Below are positions 11,676 through 27,062 of a stretch of 64,000 nt of DNA, in pieces. Each line of letters begins with the position of its first letter. Within the stretch, counting starts at the first letter, position 1. A model generated the notes under the pieces. It did not search any database, was not told the DNA's origin, and worked only from the letters and a program-made list of their open reading frames with translations. The position numbers and the translations under genes were made by a program. This DNA comes from Octopus vulgaris (lineage: Eukaryota), in the NCBI GenBank assembly GCA_951406725.2, contig OX597821.1:69688001-69752000 (forward strand), given 5' to 3'.

Positions 11676-12785
11676 ATGTATTTTGCTTGTATGTATATGT
11701 ACGACGGGCTTTGACAGAGCTTCTAGCATATTCTCTCATAAGGCATTGGCCTTCTCAGGTACTTGGTAGGGAACATTGCCAAGGTTCCGCGCAGTGGAAC
11801 TGAACTTGAAGCCACGTAGGTTCGAAATTATTAATGAAATCCTTCGTAAATTAATTCATAAAAATCCATTTCTTAATTCGTAACTAACAACTGATAAGCT
11901 GAAAATGTAACTTATGAGCTATATAATTCAATACAATTATAGCTTTTAATCTATTAATTTATTGCATCTCGAAAGACAAAGCACATGCTTAAACTCGCAA
12001 ACGTATGCACAGGAGCATGCATATTCAAAGATGCAATTTCACAGGTATTCATATCCATACACATGCATTATAGTTTATAGGTTAGAGACAGGTGTACATA
12101 GAAATACTCAGACAAACATTCCAGGATATTTGCCACATCGCGACTGAAGACCATCACTGTATCACTGACACAATTACTAATTAAATAAATCAATCAATAA
12201 ACAAACAAACAAATAAATAAACGTACGTTAGCAAATGTCTGTGTAGAATTTGTGGCCCACTGAGGCTTGTAGAACAATCTCGTTTAGCATGATCGCCATA
12301 TTGCTAGGATTCGGGGGAGAAACTGAGACATGATATCCGGTATTAAGCTAGGGTCGTAGGGAGCAGCATACGTATTACATCTGGAGAACTTAACACAAGA
12401 ACACTCACAAACACACACACACAAATTTATATACTCACACGCATACACATAATACATGCACAAATACATACACACATACATACACACATACACACATACA
12501 TACATACATGCAAGCATACGTGCGCGTGCACGCACACACATGCACAAACTCACTCGTATATAAGTTGCAGATATAAACCCCTAGATCAGAGACCCCAGAT
12601 AAAAGTACCAACTCTAATATCGCGACCACAACCAACACCGACACCGGCAAAAGCACCGTCACCAGCACCAGCACCAGCACCGCCGTCACCACCACCACCA
12701 CCACCACCACCACCACCACCACCACCACCACCAGTACTCTAGCACCATCGTTTACGTTACCCTTTAAATGTTTTTATTCCTTTAG

Positions 12786-12863
12786 AAGGCAGACCAGGCC
12801 TACACTCCCATAACTAGATGGGATTCACTGAACTTTAGTGGCCCCGCCCAAATCATTGAAACG
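12786..12863 (+). CDS. Candidate isolated phase-0 host exon (KADQAYTPITRWDSLNFSGPAQIIET), product unknown
   Basis: Pyrimidine tract + TAG acceptor, G|GTAATT donor, 78 nt, only one open frame, unique sequence between microsatellites. Confidence 0.35.
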
Positions 12864-12949
12864 GTAATTTTCCAACGAAGCAAACCTTTAATTATGTGTA
12901 GAGTTTGTATGAGGACATCTTCAGCTGATCTAACATACAAGGCACAACG

Positions 12950-14090
<1,141 letters not shown>

Positions 14091-14814
14091 AGATTATTTC
14101 AGGATTGATTTCTTCTCCCTTTTCCCTCCCACTCACTCTACTCTTACCTCCTACTACAACACGTTATTTTAATATTTGTTTTGCTTTTTTAATTTCCTGT
14201 TGTTGTTACGTGTTCTTTTTACTTCTTTTTTTCTTGATTTTTTTTTTAAAGATGTATGAATGAGGCAGACATTTTATTTTATCTCCACCTCCACTGTAAT
14301 TGTTCAAGTGGAATAAATAATAAACAAACATAACTACTTTATTACCTCTCAGACAAATGTAGGGGACTGGCTAAGTAACAGAAATTAAGAAAAACAAAAT
14401 TAAAAATATAAAATGATAAATAGAAAGAAAAGGCCCAGATTTTTCGTTTCGTGGATCATATTTTTTTGAGAGTTCGAATCGGGCCAGATTCGAACGTATA
14501 ATCACTGCACAATACATAACTTGGTGTCTAGAATATTAGATCTGGTTTTGGCTAAGTTTTGGTCGCTGATTCTAAATATGCCATAAGATTTTCTCCATCG
14601 ATCATGGTTATCGAGATATGATGTACCCCGAATTACTATGCTTAAAATCGATCGAGCAGAAGCACTGATAATTTACAAATCATTATTGTTACCTCTTGGA
14701 TAAAAAGAAATGGCTTGATACTTCTTTTTGATTAGATTACATCCTTAGATTCAGCTGACAATGAAACACGCTTAGAAATTTATCATTTGAAACAATGAAG
14801 ACCCCCGGGGGGGA

Positions 14815-14968
14815 GTGAGGGGGGAATCGATTCGATTGCCTCAGTGTGCAACTGGTACTTAATTTGTCAACCCCAAAAGGATGAAAAACAAAGCCGACCT
14901 CGGCGAAATTTGAACTCAGGACGTGAAGACAGAAGAAATACCGCTAAGCATTAACGTTTCTGCCAGCT
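14815..14968 (-). mobile_element. SINE family 1 fragment
   Basis: Matches core of 376-605. Confidence 0.85.
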
Positions 14969-15281
14969 AATCCGTCATCATATGGATATCCCTGCCCCTC
15001 GGGATCTTTCTTCCATAGATCTTAAATTTTGGTTCGGATACCAATGTTGTCTAGGAAACGATCCAAGTGGCTGTGGAATAAAAACCTTTTGATGTTCATA
15101 TTACAGCCAAATTGATGAGAAAAAGAGAGCGTGTTGTCGTCCACTAGTTTAGTGTAGTTATCTGCTTTGTGGCCCCAGAGAAAAATTTCTTGCAACCAGA
15201 GACCATTGTTTTTGCATCCAATGATCAGTCGTATTATTTCAGAAACCGATAAAACAAATATTTGTGACCCAGGAGAAAATT

Positions 15282-15794
15282 CATCATCTTAAGATCCCTA
15301 CATCAGCTTAAGATCCCCACATCATCTTAAGATCCTCACATCATCTTAAGATCCTCACATCATCTTAAGATCCTCACATCATCTTAAGATCCCCACATCA
15401 TCTTAAGATCCCCACATTATCTTAAGATTCCCACATCATCTTAAGATCCTCACATCATCTTAAGATCTTCACATCATCTTAAGATCCTCACATCATCTTA
15501 AGATCCTCACATTATCTTAAGATCCCCACATCATCTTAAGATCCTCACATCATCTTAAGATCCTCACATCATCTTAAGATCCTCACATCATCTTAAGATC
15601 CCCACATCATCTTAAGATCCTCACATCATCTTAAGATCTTCACATCATCTTAAGATCCTCACATCATCTTAAGATCCTCACATTATCTTAAGATCCCCAC
15701 ATCATCTTAAGATCCTCACATCATCTTAAGATCCTCACATCATCTTAAGATCCTCACATCATCTTAAGATCCCCACATCATCTTAAGATCCGCA
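15282..15794. repeat. 19-bp minisatellite, 27 units (catcatcttaagatcctca)
   Basis: Counted directly; units 9-17 repeated as units 18-26. Confidence 0.97.
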
Positions 15795-16038
15795 CAGCCA
15801 TTGGTGATCGTGGTATATCTTCTGTGTAATCAGTGCAGTTGTTTCCTGCTGCTCATTCATCTTAGTTGAGTGACCAAGTGGGATAGATCCAGCTTGCATC
15901 TATTGCTAAGTGCGCTATCTCAAAAAGTAGAGCTTCTAGGAACAAATGAAAGTCATATTTCTTATTCAGTGGCGTGAATATACCTAAAATCGGGTCTAGG
16001 CAAACAGCAGTCGGTTATAGGCAATATATATATATATA

Positions 16039-16267
16039 TTTCTTTACTGCCCGCAAGGGGATAAACATAGAGGGGGCAAACAAGGACAGACAAAGGGATT
16101 AAGTCGATTACATCGACCCCAGTGCGAAACTGGTACTTTATTTATCGACCCGGAAAAGATGAAAGGCAAAGTTGACCTCGGCGGAATTTGAACTCAGAAC
16201 GTAGCGACAGACGAAATACCGGTAAGCATTTCGCCCAGCGAGCTAACGTTTCTGCCAGCTCGCCGCC
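16039..16267 (-). mobile_element. SINE family 1, full length
   Basis: Matches 376-605; TSD ttataggcaatata from 16015 and 16268. Confidence 0.92.
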
Positions 16268-16879
16268 TTATAGGCAATATATATATATATATGATCACAT
16301 TGATCAATATGTCTTCCCTCTTTCTTAAGACAGTAAGATGTAAGAGAGTTTTGGCTTGCTATTTCTAGCTGGTCCATCAACCACACAGATATACTCCGCT
16401 CGTAGAAGCAATAGTCAGTTGCTGTATATTTGTTTTCTTTGGGTGGTGTAGTAAGCGGAGTTGTTGAAGTAGGGGAAAGAGAAGGAGGAGTTGATATTTA
16501 ACCGAGTGTGTAGTGAGTAAAGAGGGAGGTTCTGTTTGTCAATATCTTTCGGCGAAAGCTCGAAGATGAAAAGAGATGCAAGAATAAAAGAAACGCTAAG
16601 AAAGCCTTGGCTGAGGGCCCGCTCGTTGTTGTTACACTTTCATTCTTTGCTGCTCTGCTTTCATTCTTTAACCCTCACTCGTCATCGGAAAAGAAAAACT
16701 CTTTGACCGGATTCCTTATTCATCTTTGTATATTTGTTTCTGTTTACCTTAAATGCCGTCCACAAATATCCGCCCATTCCATGCCCACCCGATGCCCACC
16801 CGATGCCCACCCGCTGCCTGCCGAAACATCATATTATGTACTTTGGTTTGTAGCAATTCGCATTTCTCATCTTAGACCT

Positions 16880-16943
16880 TTCCTTTCTATCTTTCTGTCT
16901 GTTTGTCTTTCTTTCTTTTTCTTTCTTTCTTTTTTTCTTTTTT

Positions 16944-16979
<36 letters not shown>

Positions 16980-16983
16980 TCGT

Positions 16984-17047
<64 letters not shown>

Positions 17048-17208
17048 TCACTCCCTTTCTCACCCTCTCTTTTATTGTCGGCCATTAACGTCTCTCTGCC
17101 TCTTAAGTTTTCGCCATCTCCCCGCTTTTCCCCAACCTCCCTCTATCTTTTTATCTTTGTTTCCCACCCTGTCTTTCATGTGTGTGTGTGTGTGTGTGTA
17201 AACAAATG

Positions 17209-17239
<31 letters not shown>

Positions 17240-17830
17240 ACGCTCACATACACACATTATCTCCCTGTATCTATTCCCCCCCACCACTTTTCACTGTTAG
17301 TATCTTTCTCTCTTCCAACCAATCTCACTTTATATCTCTCTTCCCTCCCCTCACACATTCTCTCATCTCCTCAATTGCTTTCTCATAATTTCTCTTCCTT
17401 CTCTCTTTCTTCTCTCTGCTTATATATTATTCTCTGTCTCTATCTCCATCATTGTATTGTTTCTCTCATATTTCCCCATCTCTCCCCCTCTCTCCGTCTC
17501 GCGTTGTGTCTCTCACTCTCACTTTGTGTGTCTCTCTCTCTTTCAATCTCTACCTTTATTAAGTCTCCATCTGTCTATATTTATATTTCTTTTCTCGTCA
17601 ATATATCTTTGCTTCCGTCTGTATGTCTGTCTGGCTGGCTGTCTCCCTCTTGCGTCTTTTTTTCTCATTCTTTCCGTATCTCTCTCTCCACCAAGCTACC
17701 TTTCCTTCTTTCTCTCTCTCTCTGTCCCTTACTCTTTTCTTATCTCTCTCATTCTTGATCATTTCCCTCCCTTTCTCTCTCTCCCATCCCCACCGTCTGT
17801 GCCCCCCCCCCACCGCCACCTATTTATTCT
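16880..17830. repeat. (TTTC)n and pyrimidine-rich low-complexity tract
   Basis: Directly visible. Confidence 0.9.
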
Positions 17831-18629
17831 TTCGACGATTACGTTGTAATTTCCTATTCATAAAACGCCGCATTTGTTTCTTCAATGTTTAAACACGTTA
17901 CAAATGAGCTGCAGGAGACAGAGTGAAAAAAAAACACACCAGCAAAAACAAAGAAAGTAAAGAGGAGGGGTGAGAGAAGAAGAGACAGAGAGAGGAGGAG
18001 GGCGAGGAGGTAGCACTATTAAAGGGCATGGATGTGCGGTCACGTGGAAAATGTCGCTTTACAACTAAGTCTAAGTATCTTATATAAATGGAACAGCGGA
18101 CAGCCTCTAACATTACCCGTATTTATCTCTATACTCTTAAGTTCATCTAGACTTACAACCAGCCAGCGAGCCAAGCCAACCAGCCAGCCAGCCAGCCAGC
18201 GCCCGCTCCCCACCTTTTACTTGTCTTTTCATCTAACTACACTTTTATATTATTTTTTATCTGTTACTTGTTTTACTTATTGGATAGGATAGCGGCCATG
18301 CTGGGGCTTTTACCTTGAAAGGTTGAGTCGACCAACTCGACCCCAATAATTATGACCTTATTCTATCGGTCTCTTTTGATGAACCGCTGCTTTACAGGGA
18401 AGTAAACAAACTCGGCTTGTCAAGCAACAGAAGAACAAACTCGACGACACACGCACATATATACAAACGTACATACATACAAACATACAAACATACCTAC
18501 ATACACACATACACACACCCATCTATTCATGCATACATACATACATACATGCACACATACATACATACATACATACATGCATACATACATACATACATAC
18601 ATACATAAATACATACATACATCTGATAT

Positions 18630-19590
18630 GAAGCACGTATTGTAACAGTGGACCAACATCTGCAGCAGAAGAAAGAAACCGGTAACTATGTTGCTCAAGT
18701 TTGCGACTATGAAATCATTAACATAATTAGGATAAGCTAATGAACATGAGGACAGGTGTGAAACAAGAGCCGATACAGACCTCTTTCCTTAGGAGCACAG
18801 GTAAAATTTATTTATCAGAAGAACAAAGTAAAAAATGGTGCAGTTCACTGAGAAGATAAAACAAATGTACGTGGCACATAAACCACAAGCCATAGAAAGA
18901 ATTCATTATGTCGAAAGCTTGGCATGGAGTACCGATAAATTATGACATCTCCCTTTGAAGGCAACGTCCATGCAATCCAAGAACAAGAGATCGCCACCTG
19001 GAAGCACTCCGTCGGTTACGACGACGAGGGTTCCGGTTGATCCGAATCAACGGAACAGCCTGCTCGTGAAATTAACGTGTAAGTGGCTGAGCACTCCACA
19101 GACACGTGTACCCTTAACGTAGTTCTCGGGGATATTCAGCGTGACACAGAGTGACAAGGCCGGCCCTTTGAAATACAGGTACAACAGAAACAGGAAGTAA
19201 GAGTGAGAGAAAGTTGTGGTGAAAGAGTACAGCAAGGATCACCAACATCCCCTGCCGGAGCCTCGTGGAGCTTTAGGTGTTTTCGCTCAATAAACACTCA
19301 CAACGCCCGGTCTGGGAATCGAAACCGCGATCCTATGACCGCGAGTCCGCTGCCCTAACCACTGGGCCATTGCGCCTTCACAGATCGCCACCTACAACAT
19401 AAAAGACAGAAGATTATATTAACAGACAACAAGTGTAGGTTGTGCGAGACCAAGACTGAAGAGGTCAACCACATGAATGCCATCTGCGAGAGAATGCCTT
19501 TCAGGTAAGATGTTCCCATAAGGCATGATGCAGTGGCCAGAACGATTTGAACAGAATAAGAAAAAGGTACAAGAGATAAGAGAAGACTCT
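18630..19590 (+). mobile_element. R4/Dong-type LINE fragment (zinc-knuckle region), split by a SINE
   Basis: FEGNVHAIQEQEIAT | DNKCRLCETKTEEVNHMNAIC..RHDAVARTI. Confidence 0.8.
19000..19381 (-). mobile_element. tRNA-derived SINE, family 4
   Basis: Minus strand GGCGCAATGGCCCAGTGGTTAGGGCAGCGGACTCGCG..GGTTTCGATTCCC; 12-bp TSD agatcgccacct 18988-18999/19382-19393. Confidence 0.92.
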
Positions 19591-19930
19591 TAGACTGTAT
19601 TGGTCATCCCAGTACTTAGGCGTTTTTTATGTTTTTGTCTTCGGCTGTGCGTCCATGCGTAACGCTTAACATTTTTATACTCGGACTAAACAGGACAAAT
19701 TAAGGAATTTGGGGTATGAGACTCATGGATATATAAATATATATATATATGAGAGGTATTGGTATCTAGAAGACCCAAAGAATGGCAGGTAACGCTAAGT
19801 AAATGCTATGGACAGACCTTCGTTAAACTGTTAGTTCGATAGAGATACGAGTGAGGAGTCTAATGTGGGTCTTGTATTAGCATGCACACACACATCACAC
19901 ACACACACACACATATATACATATACATAC

Positions 19931-19993
<63 letters not shown>

Positions 19994-21052
19994 ACAAAAT
20001 GAGATATCATATGATAAGCGTAAAGTTGAAACCGTGTGCGTCTACGGTATTCATCAATAACAATACTAATTGCCGACAAATTCATCTTTGCAATTAAATA
20101 TTTTCAGTTTTTTATTTCTACATTTTATTTTAAATTTGAATTTCAAAAATTTTCTGATTGCACTTTGTCATGCATCATTTTATGATCAGTGTAAGGATGG
20201 TGATGATGATGACAACGATGAGAAGTATAATGATGAGGAGGAGGGAAAAATGAGGATAATGAGTACGGGATTCATCATCATTATCATCAACACTACCGCT
20301 ATCATCATCATCATCTCTCTAACAATTCACTTATACCATTTTCTTGCCTACGAGGCAGCCACCGGATGGAATCACTTGTACATCGGACAAAATTTTGATA
20401 TTTCGTCTGGCTCTTTAAGAGCTGAGCTCAAATCTCGCTGAGGTCGACCTTGCTTTCATTCTATAGAGGTCGATAAAATAATACCAATTGATAAATAGGG
20501 TGGTTGTAATCGACTGACCGCCCCCTCCCCCCGCACACACTCACTGAAATTGCTGACCTGTCAAATATTGAAACCACTCCTCGTAAAAATGGCGTTTCAA
20601 TTTTCTATATCCGTCCCGCATGCAATTCACTGAGTCACCTCCTTTCAAAGCTGTCATTCTACTTTAGGTTCAAATCATACCTTTCCTCCTGTTTACACAT
20701 TTCGTTAAGACAGTGAATCAAGTCGGTACTGAACAAAAGCGTCACTGTAATTTCCTTTCCTCTTCATGAACTCTATTCTTTTGCATCTTGCCATGGTTAA
20801 TAGAATAAGTACCATGTTTGTTATAGCATAAAAGATGTTCGGGAATATAAAAGTTACCCCTAAATTCAGCGAGGCATATTCAGAATAAATATTTTTAGTG
20901 CTTTAAAGCATGAAGTATGAACCCAGCTTTCCAAGTAAAATCAAATTTCAGTGTCATCCATCTTCTAGATTTAATTTAATCAGCAAGACACTTAACTGTA
21001 CAAACTGTGCTTATGTGTTCCTGATAGGGTAGATACCAGCAGTTCACGCAGG

Positions 21053-21271
21053 GGATCTTTTCATTTTGAAGGCCAGATTTTCCTAGTTAACTAAACAATT
21101 TGAAACTTCGTATACTGGTAGAATGTGTCAAAAGAAAACATTATTGTAAACAAAATTGAAAACAAAATTGTAATTCGTAACTTAAACGTAGTTTAATTTT
21201 AAGAATTTTAACCAATGAAATCCCAGCATTGCTGCGTTATCGATATTGATAAAGAAATATAGCAGACGCAC

Positions 21272-21353
<82 letters not shown>

Positions 21354-21439
21354 CTCTCTCTCTCTCTCTCTCCCTCTCAAACACATGCATATACATGCAT
21401 GTTAACTAGGAAAATCTGGCCTTCAAAATGAAAAGATCC
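21053..21439. mobile_element. Merlin-type MITE with internal (CA)n(CT)n
   Basis: 39-bp perfect TIRs ggatcttttcattttgaaggccagattttcctagttaac; 8-bp TSD cacgcagg; GG termini. Confidence 0.85.
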
Positions 21440-21479
21440 CACGCAGGACCATACATAGTTCAACAATGTTGTTATCTGA

Positions 21480-22735
21480 GTGTTGTTGGTGTCATCTGAG
21501 AGTGCTGTTGCAACTATGCTCCATTACTGGCAGCTGAGAATGTAAAAAAGGACAAGTTCTAGGAAGACCTGCAGAAAGTGCTCAAGGAAATGCCTGCAGA
21601 AAATTAAGTTTTCATCTTCGGCGACTTCAATGCAAGATTTGGGTCAGGTCAGCAGACATGGCCAACTTGTTTTCGCTCCTTTGGAATCGTCCAGAGAATA
21701 TTAGAATTCTGCTCCAATAACCTCCTCTACATCACAGACGCCTTCTACAATGGTAAGCAATATCACAAAGTTTCATAATGTCATCTTAGATCTGGCCATT
21801 GGTATCAAATCGATTTTATCATCGTTAGAAAAAGTCATCTAAATAGTGTGAAATGAACAAGGTCATTCCCAACGTGGACTGCAATACTGACCACTGACCA
21901 TTGCCAAGACAAAAATAACACCAAAAAAGCATTCGCAGATCAAAGAAGTCAAAGAAACCAAAATCAAAATTTCACAACTTGTGAAGTAAACTACTACGAT
22001 GTCTCTCAGCACACTGCCTCCTGAAGGTCACTGCTAGCTCTCACTGCGCACGCAACCATGTGCTGCCATCTGTTGGCGCGCTACAAAACTAGTTTTGATT
22101 CTACCTCGTAAATAAATCCTGCGCAGAGGAAATATGAGTTTGTATAAGAACAACCATTTGTGATTCAGTTTGGCAAGTGTTTGGTGTTCCTTGGACGGAC
22201 TGAATTGAGGCCGACTGAAGCCACTGATCGAGAACAACGGGTTGCTGTACAGCAAGACCCTATGAGATTGCACCCTGAACAGGCTCTCAGCTGCAAAATC
22301 CACCCTTCAAAGAGAGGCATGATAATGTGCCGACACGACAGGGAAAATCTTTGTGCAGACATTCAGAAAATGTCTGAGACTGGTGGCATAAGAAAGATGT
22401 AACACCTCTAAAATGCTTTTCAGGAGAACAGATCACAGATAAACACCAGCAGATAGAGAGATGGGCTGAACATTACCCATGCCTCTTACTCAGAAGAGCG
22501 ATCAGTGAATGAAAACCGACAAGAAGTAATTCCTCAATTTCCAGAGATGACAGAAGTTAACGAAAAATCCACCCAGGAGGAACTGGCGAAAGCCATTGAT
22601 GAGCTCGCAAGTGGAAAAATCTCTTGGCAATGACAATATATCAGCAGAAATTATAAAAGAGAACAAGAACATTATCTTTCCTCGTAAGTACATGTTCTCG
22701 ATTCTCTACTGGAAGCGTGTATGGGTCCCTCAACA
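21480..22735 (+). mobile_element. RTE LINE remnant (APE endonuclease to pre-RT region)
   Basis: YAPLL..KDKF..VFIFGDFNAR; EELAKAIDELASGK..GNDNISAEIIK. Confidence 0.85.
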
Positions 22736-23728
22736 TTTTTAACATTGATCTGTTTGATAAGAACTAACATAAAATTAAAGACAGTTGTTTTACAGTGTTT
22801 TATTTTCTCATATTCTGTCATTTCTTCTTCCTTCCTTTTTTCTTTCACATAATTTTTATTTTATCTTTGTATTTCCATTTATAAGATTTCTTCATTCAAA
22901 CAATTTTTCCCTTCATGTTTCATTCACATACAATTCTCAATCGTCAATCTTCTCTTACAACATCCCCCCCCTTATTTCTCATTATTTCATGCATCCTCTC
23001 TTTCCTTTGCAAACTTCGATTCTTAATTCTTTTTTAAATATCATCATTCCTCCTATTTTTGCATTTTTTTTTACAAATTCTTTTATTTTCTTCATTCCTT
23101 AATTGTTTCCTTCACCTTTTACTCATTCATATGTTTTCTGTTTTTCTTCTTCACCGCTTTCATTCTTTTTCCTTCCCGTCACTCGGATCTCTTTCATTTT
23201 TTATACTTTATCCTCCATCACTCCATCTCTACGTCTCTTTACAATTTCACACTTCTCCCTTCCTTCCTCTTCCTCCTCCTCCTCTTCCTTCTCATCCTTA
23301 TTTCAACCCCATCTCTCCCTCACAAACAGCCCCTCCCCCATCAACTTCCTTCTTTTATTCCTGTATTTTTCACCTTCCTTAGTTTCCTCAAAGATATGCA
23401 GGAAATTAAGCGGCGTTCATGGAATCGCTGTTGACAATGCAATAGCGGCTGCGGCTGTGTTCGTGGTTTCATGTTGAACGTCAGGAAGGAGGACGGACCA
23501 GCCTCTTCCTATGATAACACTCATCAAGCGTCACCCTCTTCATATCTCTACAGAAAAGGCAACATTTCACCATAACCGCCAGGAGGAAATTAGCTTTCTC
23601 CCTTCTCTAACAAAGTGAACTTATTAATTTTTTCCTCTCACCTTGTTCTTATTTTTATAATTGTTAGTAACTGCTTTCCATTTTCATTTACTTCATGCTA
23701 CTCTCCTCGTTAAGGCAATGGATTGTTG

Positions 23729-23729
<1 letters not shown>

Positions 23730-23762
<33 letters not shown>

Positions 23763-23779
23763 TATCATCATCCTCATCC

Positions 23780-23816
<37 letters not shown>

Positions 23817-24010
23817 CATCATCATCATCATCATCATCATTATTATTATTATTATTATTATATTTTGCCTTGGCTTTAATTTATACAAGCTGCACATAAG
23901 TTTAAATATATTATTATTATTAGCACCACCACCACCACCACCATGACCACCATGACCACCACAACCACCACCATCATCATCATCGTCATCATAATCACCA
24001 TTATTATTAT
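23730..24010. repeat. (CAT)n/(TAT)n/(CAC)n trinucleotide repeats
   Basis: Directly visible. Confidence 0.95.
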
Positions 24011-24305
24011 TGCTGCAGTAATTATAATTATCAATATTAGTATTGTTGTTGCTGCGTTATTATTTCCAATATTATAAAGATAATTATATTAATTTTATTG
24101 TACTGCTGTTACTGTTATAGTTATTGTTTGTTATTTGTTATTACTGTTATTGTAATAGTTTGTTTATGCCTAACTACTCCGCGCAAATACTTTGCCGCCA
24201 TGTTTATTTGTTTACAAATCCGACTGTCCGCCTCACTATCAATATAATTACTGCAGCCACTGCACCAAATTATTTTCTCCACCCGAATTAGTAACTGCAC
24301 ACATA

Positions 24306-25287
24306 TCAAGTCATCCCATAAGTTCTGTCCGATTTTACTTCTTTTAAAATTGAATGAAATTTAATAGTATTTTAGAATGTATAATGGAATTAAAAATCAT
24401 TTTTATGCATTTGTGTACATTTAAATAGATTAAATATTATTTTACAGAATAATAAAATTGAAATTTCTTTGATTAAAAACCCTTTCTAACATGAAAGTAT
24501 CCAAAGAGCATTTGAGGCACATAATGCTTTATGAGTACAGAAAAGAAAACTCTGCAGCCGAAGCGACTAGAAACATACATTCAGTTTGTGGGAAAGAATG
24601 CTTGAATGAAAGAACTTGCAGAAGATGGTTTGCAAAATTCAGAAGTGGAGATTTCAGCCTTGAAGATGAAGATCGAACAGAACGTCCAGTTGAGTTTGAT
24701 GATAAGCTCCTTGAGGCATTACTTGAAGAAAATCAATCTTGCATTATCAGTTGAAGAATTGGCAATAAAGCTTACTTCAAACCATACAACTGTTCATCGT
24801 CATCTTCAACAACTTGGAAAGGTTCCTAAACTTTTTATGGGTGCCTCATAAATTGTCCGAAAGCAACCGCAAATCCTGAGTTGACATCTGCTCTTCTCTC
24901 CATTCTCACGAACTCATTTCACCCTTTTTCGATAGACTTGTGACTGGTGACGAAAAATGGATCTTCTATCAAAATGTTAAACGTCGTAAACAATGGCTTG
25001 GTAAAAGGGAAAAAAGCTCAACCACAACCGAGAAGGGAACATCATGGAAAAAAATTTCTTCTCTCTATCTGGAGGGATTACAAAGGAGTAATTCACTTGG
25101 AATTGTTACCACCTAATGCAACAATGCTCAAGTCTACTGTCAGCAATTAGTGAATCGAAAAGGAGTGATGTTTCATCAGGACAATGCGTCACCCTACACT
25201 GCAAAGATCAGATCACAGAAGGTCGAAGATCTTGGTTGGGAAAATATTCCTCATCCACCTTATTCTCCCGACCTTGCTCCTTCAGAC
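24306..25287 (+). mobile_element. mariner transposon, 3'-truncated, frameshifted transposase
   Basis: TA + TIR tcaagtcatcccataagttctgtccg; RHIMLYEY..RRWFAKFRSGDFSLED; VTGDEKWIFY; HPPYSPDLAPSD. Confidence 0.93.
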
Positions 25288-25289
25288 AG

Positions 25290-25830
25290 TTGTAGAAACA
25301 TAGAACCTTGAAAATCATCACTTCGGTGTCTAAAATGTAGAGAGAGAATGGAGTAGAGCAGTTTAATCAGGGTGTCATTCTGTCCATGGCCTTCGCAAAG
25401 CCTTCGAAACCAACGAGATCGAGCAGTGATCAGGTACAAGTCAATGAATGGAGAAGAAGGAGAAAGTGGATACAAGGAGGCGATTCTAGTAGATGCTTCA
25501 TTAGATTGGAAAAATTGGGAAGAACCGATACTGTACAGTTTGCTTTAGTGGATGATATGTAGAAGCGACGAGAATATAATTACTCGGAAGTTTTTAGTGG
25601 CGGTAGCAAGAGAGAAGGGAAAAGCAAAAAGGGGTGGCTGAGAAGGGGATAGAGGAAAAAGAAGGTGAGAGAGAGTTTGAGAGAGAAAAATCAAGAGAAC
25701 ATTTCTATGTGGCAAATGCTGGAGTGTTTTCAGGAGCGAATTCAATTAGTGAGAATAGTGACAATGAAAGAAGTGGGGAAATTATTGGGCGGAAATTACT
25801 TTAAAAAAAATTATTGGGAAAGGTGGATCA
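25290..25830 (+). mobile_element. Possible L1/Tx1-type LINE 3' remnant
   Basis: Purine-rich decayed coding-like sequence (FLVAVAREK..CFQER); weak, from recall. Confidence 0.35.
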
Positions 25831-25882
25831 AGCACATGCACATACACACAACATTCATACATACATACATGTATGTATTGAA

Positions 25883-25917
<35 letters not shown>

Positions 25918-25983
25918 TGTATGTATGTATGTATGTATGTATGTATGTATGTATGTATGTATGCATGCATGCATGCATGCATG

Positions 25984-26883
<900 letters not shown>

Positions 26884-26886
26884 GTT

Positions 26887-26929
<43 letters not shown>

Positions 26930-26931
<2 letters not shown>

Positions 26932-27061
26932 TGCATTATCAGTTATCGGTCGCCATGATAGATCGTTAGCCACTACACACATTTTTTTTCTCTCCTTGTA
27001 TTTTCTGTGTCCGTTTCTTGTAGAAGAGCGTAGGCTCGAAACGCAAAAGACTTTTTCTATT
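26930..27061 (+). mobile_element. Family C short element with variant hammerhead-like motif
   Basis: TGTAGA-A-gagc(gtag)gctc-GAAAC-GCA-aaag; homologous to 41697-41866. Confidence 0.7.
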
Positions 27062-27062
27062 T

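Larger units (their letters stand above)
14503..16000 (-). mobile_element. Chapaev-3-like (CMC superfamily) DNA transposon remnant
   Basis: Manual minus-strand translation: YHDHQW..ADLKMM, DLKMMNFLLG, HWMQKQW, FGCNMNIKRFLFHSHLDRF, RSMEER..DIHMMTD; terminus CACTG at 14503; family name from recalled motifs. Confidence 0.7.

Noticed and set aside
15282-15794. CRISPR-like appearance of this array and of 39709-40800
   Set aside because: Contiguous units with no unique spacers, no cas genes, eukaryotic context
16607-17758. 383-aa ORF
   Set aside because: Translation of (TTTC)n and pyrimidine-rich low complexity, which lacks stops by composition
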